63,968 nt of DNA, filler included, from Choristocarpus tenellus KU-1152 (GCA_964200185.2; 13 parts of 13 records of this genome joined end to end with filler, not necessarily neighbours in it), one strand, 5' to 3'; positions 35,918 to 50,440 are shown, numbered from the whole stretch's first letter. Notes: generated by a model not told the origin, from the letters alone. A program made the numbers and translations.

Positions 35918-38586
35918 ATTACTTGTTGACCAGATGGTGGCTGTGGTGTCGATGGATTCTGGAAAGGGGTGGGCTACATTTTCTGCCGGCCGCCCTGTGT
36001 TCGATGCTCCCAGGGTGAGTTTTCGAGAGCCTCCGACAATCCATCCCATTTGTCATTGTCACCTGTAGCACCTCCTAGTGAAGAGACATAGCCTTGGCCA
36101 ATGAAGACTTATTATCCCACCTGGAGCACATGGAAAATTGCAAGTAGCTAATGCAATTGCTTGCTTCCTCCGTGACTTAGGGATATCTAACCAGAGGACG
36201 TCACCCACGTCATTGTTGTTTCAATGGTAGAAAGTTGTACTTGGAGGAACTAGTAGCAGTGATCTTCATCATTGAGAGGCAAAGATCGGACACAAAGTCA
36301 GGGTCATAGATAAGGATATAATTCTGAGTCACCGAGTCTGACCTCGAGGTTTATGCCCATATCTGTTGATCTCTCTTTGGCTTCCTCTTTGCATTTTTGA
36401 GTTCACACATCAAGATAGAAGGTACTTGAACACAATTAATAGATGCTATCGCAAGCACTACATTTTGAAAGCCCTTCATCAACTGCGACTGAGCAACACA
36501 TGATGCGTCCTCTCGGAACAAGCAGGACTCTCCAGTTACGAGAACAAGAGCCTGGGCCCTAGCAGTACCCCATTCAGCTACCCTTGATCACTCACAGGTG
36601 TCATCGGGTCCTCAAAGCCTCTCGATCCGGCAAGGTCCTTTCGAGGGACGCCGGCCCACGCTAGCCTTAAGGAAGAAAAGCAGTGAGCATGTCCGGGTGG
36701 GGAGTAGGGGTGCAAACGAAGACATATCTGTGGGGGGAACCGGAGTGGGACTTAGCGATTCCGGATGGATTAGTTCAGCAGGGGATAGCAACAACAATCC
36801 TATTCTACAAATGCGAGAAGAACAACAAGTCGAAGGAGGAAATGGAGTGATCAAAGCTGTGGCGCGGTTAGATTCCGTCGGGACCGATTGTAAAGCACGA
36901 AGTGAAGCATGGAGTGGGGCAGGAAGCAGAGGGCGTAATGGAGTTGGTCCTGGTAGGGGTCATGGATCTTCCCCAGAGGTGCAAATATGGGGTTGGGCGG
37001 GAGGAAGGGGGAGGGCAAGGAAGAAAGCTATGGTGAATGCCTACCGGATTCGGGGAGAGAGGCAATTAGGTAGGCAAGGCTTGAGCTCCTCAACGGCAAC
37101 TGGGGGAAGCGGTCGGTCTGGGAGGTCGTCGAAAGATGAGGATAAAAGCTACGATGGAGGTGAAATTTCTTGCAAAGACAGTTGGAGTGAACGAATCACA
37201 CACTCTACTCATTACTGCCAGCCTCTCCGTGGACGAAAAGGGCGTAAACTGCGCTCCTCCTTGAACAAGACTGCAGTACGAACCCTGTACTCGAGCAGGA
37301 TAGGGAATGAAGATTGCATCAATCTTTGCCAGAGCAGGGACAGTGTCCAAGCACACGATGGGGATAAAATGAGGTCACAGGAGACTTTGACAGAGTGGAA
37401 TGAAGCAGCCGAACGTGTCGGAGAGGAAACAAAGAGCACCACAGAACCAGGGTGGGGAGAAAAGTTGTCTGAAGGTCAGAAGCCTGGTCTCTCACCCCGT
37501 GGCCTTGAGAACATACTCATCCAGGCAACAACACCAGTCACAACTTCTTTGCAGGAGTCGCGGCCTGTTGCTCCATCAGTCTCTCGGAAATTAGGGGGCA
37601 CGGCAGCACTAAATTCAACAACGGCACAGTTACAGCACCAGCAAAAACAACGGCACAGGACACTACTAGGAATGGATCAACGGGGAGGTAGTGCTGCACC
37701 ACCACACAGGCCGAGACAAATGGGGCACAGCTCAGCACTTGGACCGAGGACACCAACTCTTCCAGGGCTAACCTTTGGCTGTGGCAACGAGGATACAACA
37801 TGCTTGAGGTGGGGAGAGGGTACTGATCACAGCGTAAGATCATCAACACAAGAGAACATATTCAGTTCAGGCAAAACACTCACAGAGAAGAATGGACAAG
37901 AGGGGGGAGACACATGTTGCAGTGAGTACGACCCTGATGATGAAGGGCTGGAGAAGGGAAAAGGCCCTCATTCTCCAGAGCAAAGTCAAAAGCAGCTGGA
38001 GACAATGTCGATAGGAGGAATGGAAGATGGGGCTGATGCCAGGACATGTTCTGATGCCAGTTCACAGCCCTGTTGGTACCAGGATAACCAAATTGCTCTG
38101 CTGCAAGGGTCCCCACAGGGACACACTTTAGTTTCAAATGATGTAATGCTTCCTGGTCAAAAGGACACGGGAGGTGGGGTGGGGCAGCCCCTCTTTATTA
38201 GGGTTGGGGAGACAGTAGTCACTGAGGATGGAGGATGCTTTCCCAGAGTGCCTAGCCCAAGGGAAACAGTTGGGGCAGCCACAACAACAGCAGTGGGATT
38301 GGTGACTGGAGAAATGTTTGGACTGTTTAGGCTGGAAACCACAAGTTTCATTGAGGCTGCACCCAGGCAGGTGATCGATCACTTCAAGATTGCTCCAAGG
38401 CCCATGTCTCGCCGAGGGACACGAGAACAGGGAGTAAAGGGCGACGCCCAACCAGCCTATAGCCTCTTCAGTGGTGAGCGAGGAGGCTCTGAGAGTGTTG
38501 GAATGTGCCTTGGGAGTGGAGGGCTTGTAAAGAAGAAGGGTGCTGGAGCAATCAGTCACACTACAGGGCATCCCTCTCAGTATTAA
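35918..38586 (+). CDS. 3' exons of an unknown gene: probable exon 35918-36013 and a large terminal exon 36598-38586 (662 aa, G/S/R-rich, likely disordered)
   Basis: A 2-kb open frame starts right after CACAG; the upstream exon is bounded by AG…G|GTGAGT; no recognisable domain. Confidence 0.6.
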
Positions 38587-41500
38587 TTAGACTTTACCAT
38601 TTGGAGTGGGCTTGCACCAGATTGATGAGCAACTGCAACTATACAAAGCTGTTTGTGAGTCGGTGGGTAAGGACAAGGGATTCCCAACTCCAGTCACCCT
38701 ATAAGGAACAGAAGTAACTCCAGAGTCCCCTTCAACAGAGCAAAAAGACCTGCCCCTTAATATAAGGAAAGGGATACATAGCAACAGAGTATCTGGATTG
38801 AACCTGTCACACTAATATGTAGATTTGTGAGAACAGCTACCACTGATTTCTAAGAACTCTGTATTTACCCAGTAGATAAACTCATTAATTCAGACCATTA
38901 AATAGGTGTTCACTTTCCCTTCTTAGAGGGAGAGGAAATCAATATGAGCATATCTCTCTACGAATCACCTTCACCATGGAAATTGTGGTGAAAATGCATC
39001 CAAAGCACATACTTCAAGCAGTATTTACACCTAAATTGTGCTTAAATATCTACCGGGCCCAGGCTTTGAGCACTCACTAATGCAGAGGCAAGTGTGGAGT
39101 AAATTTGTGCCGAGCCTCCCACTGCATGGAAACATCAGAGGGTAGCTGCTGCTTTGAGCGTCCACTACTGTTGCGAAATCCACCACCCAACCAAGCAAGC
39201 ACTCCACACCATCCCATTACCAAGTGTTTTGAAAGAAGACTGCAGGTACATGGCTACACCATCACAGTATAATATCATATCAATTGTGAACTTTATATAT
39301 ATATATATATGTATCTCCATATTTCTAATGTATGCCATGAAAAAAGACCTCTCCATTACGTACCTGACTCAGTACTGTGTACAATTTTGTCATTGCTTAC
39401 TTAGTAAGTGCACAGCATTTTGATATACACACCAAAGCATCAAGCGACTACTACTACAACTTGACTACAAGCAGCTCCCCATTTGTTAGTGACCATCGGC
39501 ACAGCAGTGATGTCAGAGAGCAGTAAAATCGCCATTGGATAGTTTGAAATTTCATTATCAAACACATGCTGGATTTCTTTAGCACATCTCAGCATATTCA
39601 TGTAGAAAGACACCCATCCTTGCTTTGTGTGATATTATGAACAAATAATCTCTTACCTGTATCCATATATGCTAGGTTCTTCCTATGCAGTCAACAATAT
39701 GTTAGCCCCTGCTTAATTATTGCAGTGTGTATATGTGTGTGTATGGGCTAAACGGGATGGCTAAACGGGATGACTAACCAAGATGGAGGCAAACAAACTT
39801 AACTTACCTCCACACAAGAATATCCCCGCATACTCGAATCTACCTGCTGTTCAATAACCTGACTACATACATTTGTGTGACACTCCTGTTGGAATGTGTA
39901 AAGAGTTTTTTGCTGATGCCATAGTCCTGATGCTCCACAACGATCAGGCCGGTCATAAGAAGAAGATAACAAAATGCAAAGACATGATATTGTCCATACA
40001 CATATGAGGTGGCTACATACAGCAGTGTGTAGAGCTTTGCTTCACAGAGCACACCATGTAGTACTGAGTATATACTGACAACAACATAATACACATACTC
40101 AAACGAATCTAAATTCTATCCTTAACACTTGCCCGCCTACAACAAGGTGCTATGGTGTACCAGTGTATCTCTGCTATCTTAACAATATGCATCAACATCA
40201 CGAGGGCCATAACAGAATATCTGCAAAAAAAAATAGAGAACTCAACCGTTTCATACAAGAATCACACAGAGTGAGTAGATATCTATTTACAATGTATTTA
40301 CATCGAAAGAAAAAATGGCATGAACCTATACTCCTGCTTGATTTCCATTTCTATCACAATTTTTACTCCCGGTGCAGACTTTGTGCCTTCTGGCAACCAT
40401 GCACAAAGACTCGAAAAAAAAGTACTGCTAATAAAGCCTTATAAATGTCACGAGTTCCTGCAGCATTTTGTATGCAGGCAAAACATATAGCACTCATCTA
40501 GACAAGCAACAAACCACAGCAACAAAACACATACATGTGAGTAATTCGGATGGCCTGCAAGTACAACCGACAGACGCATTTTTCACACAAAAAATGTTCA
40601 CTCTGGATTTCGCTCGAACGTGCAAGTGCATTGCCAGAGCTTCTGTCTATTCCTATTAATCTACTCAACAATGGTAGGTCAATGCGGCATAGCACACAAC
40701 CAGAAACAATTCTGACGGACGACCAGCGAGTGCAATTGGCGGGTATAGCGACTTCAGCTGCAGTAGGGGGACTACTAGATATTTGTAGATATCGCTTTGT
40801 CCTTTAGGGGTTTATTTCGAAACCACCAACGAATTTTCATGGCGAATTTCTTCTCGTCTATCCCCACATGCAGTTTATTAAATGCAATGTTAGTTGTTCG
40901 TTGATCGGACATACGCTGTTCCTCCTGGTCAGGTCAGGAGCTCCAGCATGGTGTACGTCCTATGCAACTGCCGATTCCATGATGATCCCTTTCGCCTCCA
41001 GCGTAGGAGGAGCTGTAGTTAAGGAGATGAAGCGGTAGAATCAGTTTATTTTTGTCCAAGTAAATACTATTTTGAAGTATAGACACTACTCCATACATAA
41101 AGTATGAGCAGATAGTCAAAGGGCCTAGGCTAGCTGCAATGGTACTGCTTTGGTGACAGATACACCAGGGCAGAAGAGTACTGAGGGTGGTTTGGTTTTG
41201 GTGCCAAGGTAAGTACCTCTTTCAAAACAAAGGAAATAAAATCCGAAAGAAAACACATCTGCTTCATGCATGAGGGTAAGGCTTGCCGTTCTCCTAATTC
41301 GGCACGTTGGACATGTGGTTAACAAGGTGAGAGACTCTAGTGCCGATGGAGTACTTCGACGCATGTCACCTGCTCTAAGCACATGGCGCCGGTGCCTGAA
41401 AGCCTACCCCGGCAAAACTCCGCCGGTGTCATCTCCTGGATGTTCGAGAAGGGACTCGAGCCGAAGAAGGGGCCGTGCGACATGAGATGCGGCTCTCCCC

Positions 41501-42959
41501 TTGTGATGGTGAAGCCCTCTCCATCAACTTTACTCGTGAGACGCTCTCCGAAGACGTTCCAGTATACCTGTGGTTGGAGCGTGATTGTGCCGAACAGTGC
41601 GGACTTCTAAAGCGGGATGGCGATCACTTGTGCGGTCCCAGTTACGGACAATTAAGAGGGACGCCGCGTTCTCTGTCGGTTTAACATTTTGAATACCTTG
41701 CACACATTTGTGTCTCCGTTTCCCCCCGACACACTGTCCTTACCTTATCGTGTAATGTTGAGACACCATTTCCCTTTCCACCAGCTCTTGTCACGTTCTG
41801 TACCACAACGTACCCTGCCTTCAGGCTGCGCTTCCCTACGCGCCAAGTCTGTTCTCCGTTTCGAGTGAAGAGCACAAAACCAGCGTAGACTCGGTCAGGG
41901 CCCAAGTAGGCATCGCATGCACTAGAAAGATGGAAAGTATTGAGCTTGAGATCATCTTTGAAAGGTGACAGAGTCGGGACCACCACCGAAAGCTGTCGTT
42001 GGGGACGTGACTGGGGATGACGAGGATGGGCAGGTCTGGATTCCTCCACTTCCTCCCCGCAGGTAGCGCAGGTCAAGCACATCCCTTTCGGGGAACTGCG
42101 GTCACCACACCATCTGTGAATGAGATCTGGGCACATCTGGTGTGTCACCGTCCGGTTCGTTGCCTGATCTATATGGAGAACCTTTGCAGTCTTTTTCACT
42201 ACAGAACCTTGATGGGGCTTCAATTGTAACTTGATGGGGCTTCAGTTGTCTTTATGACCCAGTTGCGTGTTATTCATTTCTGTTTCTTCTGGGACGCTGA
42301 GAAGTGGGACTGCGTTGAAGGTGGGAGTACAGATCCTAAAGAGCATTCATATAATTGCGAGAGCTGGTTGCAACTGTAACAATGATTGCTAATAGTGTGA
42401 CGGAAGCAAGGTTAGGGTAGAGGCAAGGGGTAACATGGGACGGTGGATCATAGAGACGGAGGAGGTCTAGGAATGTAGGAAATACAAGTATGAACACTTG
42501 AGTATGTGCAACATATCTTTTTCTGATTGTGACTGGAAGTTCCACTATAAATTTTGATGTGTCTTCAAACGCCAACAAAGTAATTTCATCCTTTATACTG
42601 GAATTTTCAACATCAAGTACCACACCTATTTTATCCCAAAAAATGTCCCTTAAACTCATATCCTTACGTGTGTTTCGTTCCAATAAGAACTCCAGATGTA
42701 GGATGACAAAAGTTGTTCTTGGCATTCATATTATTGTGAAGAACGATTAGTATTGACCGAAAAGGAAAACCAAGATTTTAAAGTAGACGACAATTTCTGT
42801 CTATATTATATATTATATGTTGTGGGGATTGGAACAAATTTTTATCTGAAAGTTTGTACAAAGAAAAATTCTTCCCGATGGACGTAGGAACTAAAAAAAT
42901 GTCACCAAACTAACAACAGTCTAGAATTGAAGGAGTAAAACTACAAGAACTCTTTTGAA

Positions 42960-43428
42960 TGTCATACTTAAAACCTCAACACCTTCACTGTGGAAAGTTT
43001 TGGGCACTTCGGCAAGCAAGCGGAAAGTTTTCTGGATGAGCAAGCTACGCACGCGGACGTGGTAGGGGGGAGAGGGACAGCTGTCAAATCCTGCCAACAA
43101 CATATAGTTTCTGTCACAACAAAGCCCTATCCAGACGGGTCATGCGCTTCAAGTTGGAGACACCAGGGAGATGAGCAAGGAGGGGCTTGTTAGATTCATG
43201 GAATGCCTCCCTAGCCCCTCACACTGGAGTACACTGTACCAGGACTAAGCTAGGTTAGAGACACAGGAAGGGAACGGTGTAGCATAGCTACCAAAATAGC
43301 GAATAGATTCATGTTTTTCACATTTATGACAACTGTTACTTTTTTAGGGTTTATTCTGACATGTTAATAGTTTTCATTGATTTTCCTTTTTCTACGGTAG
43401 TAGTATGTTAGAGGGCATAATAATAAAA
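42960..43428 (+). mobile_element. 5'-truncated CRE-like element (RLE end + 3' UTR)
   Basis: VESFGHFGKQAESFLDE; tail GAGGGCATAATAATAAAA. Confidence 0.75.
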
Positions 43429-43654
43429 CTGAAGGGGTATGTATGAAGTTACGAATTTGCCCCAAACTATGTATGGAATTTCAATATATTATATTGTCAA
43501 AGACGTGTCTGGTTAAGTCTTATATTTTATTATAATGACCTCCAACACTTTCCAGATGTGTCAGGAGGGAAAAACCAACGACAACCTATTCACATGTCAG
43601 AATCCCCCCCTAAAAAGTAACTTAGTCTTAAGGTACCAACAACTAAAATGATAC

Positions 43655-44100
43655 CCCTCGGTAAGTAAGCGGAAGGTTTTCTGGATGAGTTATGTACGCA
43701 CGTGGTAGAGAGGGAGGGGGACGTAAGGCTACAGCAGGAAAGGGGCTGTCAAATCCCGTCTACGATAGATAGTCTCTGTCACAACACAAGTAGTCCTATC
43801 CAGACGGGTCATGCGCCTTAAGCTGGAGGCACCATCAGTCAGGAAGAGGGCAAGGAGGGGCTTGTTAGATTCTGGGGATGCTTCCCTAGCTTCTCACCCT
43901 AGGGGGAAGGAGTAAGCTAGATTGGAGGCACAGGAGGGCAGTGGTGGAGCATAGGTGGTAGTAAAAGAGTAAATGCATTAATTTCTTTCACATTTACGAC
44001 AACTGCTACTTGTTTAAGGGTTATTCTGACATTTAAATGTTTTCTTTGGTTTTTCCACTGATACATCTGAAAAATGTCAGAGGGGAACAATAATAAAATA
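43655..44100 (+). mobile_element. 5'-truncated CRE-like element (RLE end + 3' UTR)
   Basis: Collinear with 14635-15070. Confidence 0.75.
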
Positions 44101-44269
44101 TTGAATTGACTTTTTCATCGACACATTTACAAAATTTCAGAGGGCATAACAACGTAACTAAACCGAAATCCTCATTATATACATTTATTATATTATTATG
44201 CCCTCAAACATTTTGTAGATGTGCCAGGGAAAAGCCAAACAAATACCATAAAACACTCATCATACATAT

Positions 44270-45310
44270 TAACCTGGATATGACCTTCCTACATCACCCG
44301 CCACCAGCCCACGCCCTTGAACTGGATTTCCTAGCCACAGCAGGAATCGACCTGGTCCCGGACCCAAATACTTTTGTCACACTGCGAGATATAGTGGGGA
44401 CAGATGAATTAATCCAAGCCTACATGGCCGGGGCCAGGGTGATTGAGAGCTCAGGCCCACGAATGGCAGCCATGCACCGGAGTGAGATGGAGGACAAACA
44501 AGTTGCCTTGTTCCTCAATTCCTGGTCCCTCTCTTCCTGCTTGGCACACTATACCATGGAACAAGCCAACAACATCTCACTGTGGACGTTGGAGAAGTTA
44601 ATGGAGGTAGCAGACTCAGCTGGAGCCACTGATTTCTTTTATGGGGTGTGTGTATGAGTCTCTTCGCCTGGAAACATACCAACAGCTACAGGAACATATG
44701 CCCACAAAGTTCGGGCCCTGGGATCATCCATCCACACCTCCTCTCAGCAGGAGTCCCCTCGGAAGACTTGGTGGGATTATTGGCCTAGACTGGGTAGCCT
44801 GGCGGGGAATAACAACACCTACCCCTGTCCGAGAGATCCACAATCTAGCAGCCCACACGCCAGGATCAAAAGGAGGGCACAACATGAGATCACCCAGCTC
44901 CTGAACAGGGTCCGGTTAGACTCTTCCTGGATTCAATTGGCCAATCTCCCAGACGACACAAAACAAGGGAGAGAAAGTTCTTTGCTAGCCCAGGCCTGCC
45001 ACCATAGCCAGTGTGGACAAGGGGCAAATGCATGGGCCTCCTCATTAACCCCGGGAACTAGCACGCCAGATCCCTCCCGTAGAGTTTAGACTCACTGCCA
45101 GCAGATCTCTAGGGAGGGAGGAGTCCCTATCCAATAGGTATCCAGTTGCTAGGTGCAGGAGGCATAATGCCAACCCCCAACAAGCTCGTACCTGCCCTAG
45201 GGCAGGGGGAGAGGTATCAATACACACCAATTGTTAAGCATCTAGGTCAACTCTGCAATGGAATGGACATCCCCTTGCACTATGGAGGATGGTACCCCAT
45301 TCACAGTGGG
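44270..45310 (+). mobile_element. Internal fragment of a CRE-like ORF (post-RT region to degenerate Zn knuckle)
   Basis: PLGRLGGIIGL; GQGANAWAS…EFRLTASRSLG…C…ARTCPRAGGEVSIH; frameshifted. Confidence 0.6.
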
Positions 45311-45949
45311 CCGGAATTTCCGTGATATTGTTTTGACTTTTGCCGTGACACATCTGCAAAATTTTAGAGGGCACAATTTATATATAATAGTTCTCATTGA
45401 TCTAACTTCCATTATATTCTTGTCTGGTCAAATTTCCAATGTTGGTGTTGATTTGATGGTTTAACGATTTTTTTTTGTGAACCAGACAAACTAAAGTACT
45501 TCCCAGATACAGGTTTAAATACCCTTCAACGATCCGCACCACCAGAATTCCTAATGGTTTTACCATGTTATTATGCCCACTCAATCAGGTCCAGATCGAG
45601 AAATCGGATTACTTGAATAACTGAAGTGAAAAACCTGGTTATTTTTTATAGAGCGAGAAGAGTAACCACAATATGGATTACTCCGTGACTTCCACGTGTT
45701 ACACGGTCTTCTCCTCTTGTAGATTTCAATTCGGTTCAATTCGATAAATCGATTTGTTTCAAGTCGACTTAATTGTAGCGGTAAATTCGGGTTGATAACA
45801 CCAAAAGAAATCGTGGATGACAGAAAATGCCAAAAAGTTCGAGAAGTTCTTGAATGAATAATGGGTAGGTACCATTATTTGTATTATTATTGCTTCATCC
45901 AGACTTCAATAATTCTTATTTTATTTTGTATGTACAGTCGCATATTATT

Positions 45950-46700
45950 CTTACTTCTTCTATCAAAAATAATTTATGTATAATCTTACAAACTTTCAGA
46001 TTAAAACTTATTCCAATTCCCTCAAATTTCTACCTCCTACCAACATCAGAATCTACATATATTTTCTTAACTTCATTCCCTTTTGGTAAGTGGTGATTTG
46101 ACTGTTGGCCGTTAGGAGGGAACTTTCGAAATTAGTTGCCAGTCTGTCCGAAAAATGGCCCCTAAAAACACCCAACACCTTCTTCAGTACTAGAGAAGAT
46201 TGAAAAACCGAAAGTTGCACATGTATGTGAAAGGCGATGGATACAACGTGTTACGAAAGCTTTTTCGTATCAAACTTCTTCCATTGTATTTGATGGGGAA
46301 GTTATAGTATACCCGCTAACATTTTGGATATCGTGGAAAGATTTGGCAGCAATTTCCCCCATCACACATCCGCCATACCATACCATCATCTACCATCATA
46401 TATGACCTACTATTGAAAACTCTATGTCATCCACTATCATCCATCTTCGGAAGTTTTTCCGAAGTTGTTCCTCAGACCAGAAAGTCCAGTACTCTTTACT
46501 ACTTGTGCCAATACTACTACCAATACTACTATTGTATCATTTCATTGGTTGATGTGACATTGTGTAAGAACTGGATTGGTAGATTGAACGATCATCACTC
46601 ACCAAACCGTCGTTTCAGATAGGTATAGTACATGATGACCTTGCGACTTGGACACAATATTCGCGTGAAGTGTATAATAACAAGTTTGCCCCATCCTTAA
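45950..46700 (-). mobile_element. Possible highly decayed CACTA/EnSpm-like transposase
   Basis: Only scattered motifs: PSRKVIMYYTYLKRRF and IYDG..W. Confidence 0.25.
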
Positions 46701-47184
46701 AGCCACCCATACCCTCAACAAATTCGGTGAATAGTTCGGTCTCCGTTCTCCAGCTTGGAAGAACAAAGAGCAACGAATCAAAATATACATGGAAGTTCAT
46801 TCGGAGTGATGAAGTGATATTTGCTAGGTCCTCTGAGACACTATCGTCTTAGAGAGTGTGACAAATTGTCACACTTTCTAAAAAATCAAGATATCCTCCA
46901 AGAAGAGGCGTCATTTCCAATGGTGACGATGACTACACTCTCTAAGAGCTAAAATTGCCGAAGTAGTATTGGAGGGATGAAGTGGCATTGTAGACAGAGT
47001 GGGTGGGGTGAGCAGTTGGATGTTGGATGGTTGGTGCCAAGGATAACTTCTTGATTCGAAAAGGCTCATCACCGATAAACTCCATGTATGTGGAGTAGGA
47101 AGCATATTATTCTGCAGACCAGAGTGACCGTATGCCTGTTGGGGGGGCATAGATAAACAGACACGTCCAACTGGTGAAGCAGCG

Positions 47185-47186
<2 letters not shown>

Positions 47187-47232
<46 letters not shown>
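47187..47232. repeat. (CA)n microsatellite
   Basis: Seen directly. Confidence 0.95.
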
Positions 47233-47234
<2 letters not shown>

Positions 47235-47569
47235 TTCACTGAAAAACATAGAGATCTTTGTTCGGGTTGGGGGAGTGGGACTGGAGGGTGCTGGCAGACC
47301 ACACATACACACGCACACATTTAGGGGGAGTAATTCGTAAGAGGTTTGGGTCTTCTAAGACACAGTCTGATAAAAATATATGTGGCGCCTATTTGAGTGC
47401 AAAATAGGACAATAGTGAGGTGTACCTTATTTTGTGTATATGAGATTATTNNNNNNNNNNNNNNNNNNNNNNNNNNNNNNNNNNNNNNNNNNNNTTAATT
47501 AATTAANNNNNNNNNNNNNNNNNNNNNNNNNNNNNNNNNNNNNNNNNNNNTCAAAAAGGCCCATAGGAG

Positions 47570-47738
47570 GGGGAGGGGGGGGGGGGTGGCTACACCAGAG
47601 TGTCGGTTTGGACCAAAATCAGGAAAAGTGCATGTACATCATCCATCCGACGTATGCAACCAAATCACCAAAAAATCTCATTTAAAAAAAAATGACCCCA
47701 AATGGACAGCTGCTACCCCCCCTCAGATACTTCGAGCC
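47570..47738. mobile_element. MITE family B, near-complete
   Basis: Ends CCCCCTCAGATACTTCGAGCC. Confidence 0.8.
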
Positions 47739-48254
47739 TAAAGTAGGTTGTCTAAGGGTTTGACAGGTAGGTGAGAGGCGGCTTCTACACCTCAGTCCTC
47801 CTACAAGCGCTTCAAATTTTGTTTTACTCCGGATTGCATTCCCGTTCCAACTCCTTAACTCCCACTCAAATGTTGACGTAGGTAGTGGGGGTGACCACCA
47901 TTTCAAACACAGGAAGCAGTTTCCCATGGAATAAGTGGATCACCAACCAGTTGAAATGTGCGTCCTGCATCACTTTCTTCGGCTCAATCCTCAGCACCCT
48001 GAACATCTCGTCGAAGTGTTGTTAATTGTGTTTGATGGACTTTCGATGGGGAAAGAGGTGTTACGAGTGATAAAATAACCGAATATCAACATTTTCGGTT
48101 TCGATTAAACTCCGATTTAATTGAATCCAACCACTATTCACAACACTAACAATACATGTTTTGACCACGCCTTCCATGAGTTACACTCCTCACCCAACAT
48201 TTTTTTTTCCACTTCCACATCATTGAAGTTCCCATCCTCTAAACTTTCAAGTAG

Positions 48255-48698
<444 letters not shown>

Positions 48699-48774
48699 TG
48701 GTGGTCTTGCTTTTACCTCAATGATTATACAACAGAGATACTTTTTGTACCCTGCCCATAAATCGTCCTCACAT

Positions 48775-48794
48775 GGTGCTTCTAAGCACCACCA
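48775..48794 (+). promoter_or_regulatory. Histone mRNA 3' stem-loop (GGTGCT-TCTA-AGCACC-ACCA)
   Basis: Perfect 6-bp stem with a 4-nt loop, starting GG and followed by ACCA, 76 nt after the H3 stop. Confidence 0.85.
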
Positions 48795-49113
48795 ATCCCC
48801 GAAAGAAGTCCACTCTTCGAATGAATCATTTGTACAATTTGTATGTGAGTGTTCAAATAATATATTTCACCAGCGTGTGTTCTCCTCCTGCCCTATACAT
48901 AAAAAATGCCCCTAAATAGTTGTGTTTATATAGTTGAAGTGTGTTGGGTGTGATTTGGATGTCGTGAATGTGGGGGATCAATTTATATATTTTCAGCATG
49001 AGTCCCCTACATTTTTCCACCCGTAGATCTTCCCCGTTAAGTATACTTGCAGGATCTAGTACAACCTCGTGTCGATCCTCTTGGATCTTGAATACCCTCA
49101 CTACCGTACTTCT

Positions 49114-50440
49114 TTACTCTTTATCTTCCACATCTAGAGAGTTGTCACATGTAGTCCTGGCCACCACTGCCTTTACTGGGGTGGGCTCAACCAGCCATTG
49201 CATGACAACAGAGTCCATCCTGGGGTTTGAATTGACATCAAGGGTAAGACGCCGTGTTGTAACAATTTTGTGTGTGTTGCAGTTGTGGATTTCATAAATG
49301 ATATATGTGTTGCCAAGAAAGAAGGTGCTAGTGAAATCACCCACATTTGCCCTATAATTTACTGTTGTAGATTCTCCAGGGAAACAGAACATTGCAGATA
49401 TCCCAACAGTCAAGCACCACCCTTTCTCGTCAATTTTAGAGTGGCAACATGTAAAGATTGACCCTATAGAGCACTTCTGTCAGGTGAGTAACCATGTCGA
49501 AATTGAAAGGGCTCATGGGGCAAGGTCAAAGATTCAGACAGGAATTGTATGTAAGAAGGAAGAACTGCAATGCGATTTCCAAGAAAAAACTTTGTGACAC
49601 CCCAGTAGCTCTTTGTACATGCAGGGTGCTACACAACTTCAACAAAACCAAAGATGAGGCGAGTGCATGGCCAGATAAAACAATTTGACACACAGCCAAA
49701 GTAGCAGACTCTGTCTTCTCAGTTCACTCACCCGCCCACAGTTATGAGTCGTTGAGGGCTAACACCAACAGTGAATCGTAATCCAGCGACATGTGAGCTG
49801 TGGCCCCAGTATGAGCGGGCCTTGGATCCCCTCAGCACAGGAAACCGCAACAGCCTTGTGGTCTTGGAATCATCTGCTGCAGCTAAGATACCAAGGGCGG
49901 CACAAATGTCCACCTCATTCACATCACTGTTGTCAGTGTATGGAGGGAAGACACCCTGGGAAAATAAGGCAAGGTAGGGGCACAATGGAACATACGTTTG
50001 TTGCAACAACATTTTGGGGGGATTTCATGGGTCAATAGGGGGCTAACATTTTGGCAGGGTGGAAAAGATTGACCCTGAGTAACCCAAGGCAGAGCTCAAG
50101 GAAAGGAGTGCAATGAAGCTAGGTGTGGGAGGAGCCAAGATAGACAGATGATGGGAACATGGAAACTATGCCCCTGAGATAAATGATTGCATGTCAACCT
50201 ACTTGGACTGGCCACCCAAGAGTGCTGGACCATGTAGACCACTCCACATCCCGCATCAGGTAACTCTTCGTGAAAATATGAGCCTTGAAGCTTATGGCTT
50301 CTTCTCCCCTACCCTCACTCGCAACCGCCAGCTCTCCCTCCCGGCCTTCATTTGCCTTCCCTTGCGGCGGTGGAAGCACCTCCCAGTGCAAGAGTTGGTT
50401 ATCCTGTCCGCAGGTCTGCAAGAACCTTCCATCTGTTGAC
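49114..50440 (-). CDS. 3' exons of an EMAP/EML-like WD40 protein (50440-50203, 49955-49732, 49219-49114)
   Basis: Exons join in phase: STDGRFLQT…WSTWSSTLGWPVQ|GVFP…DVNEVD…ADD…GHSSHV…TVGG|MDSVVMQW, matching the EML C-terminus. Confidence 0.9.
49465..49690 (+). mobile_element. PIF/Harbinger-like transposase C-terminal scrap in an EML intron
   Basis: VEIERAHG…RF…ALCTCRVLHNF resembles 'VERAFG.LK.RF…ACC.LHNF'; frameshifted. Confidence 0.5.
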
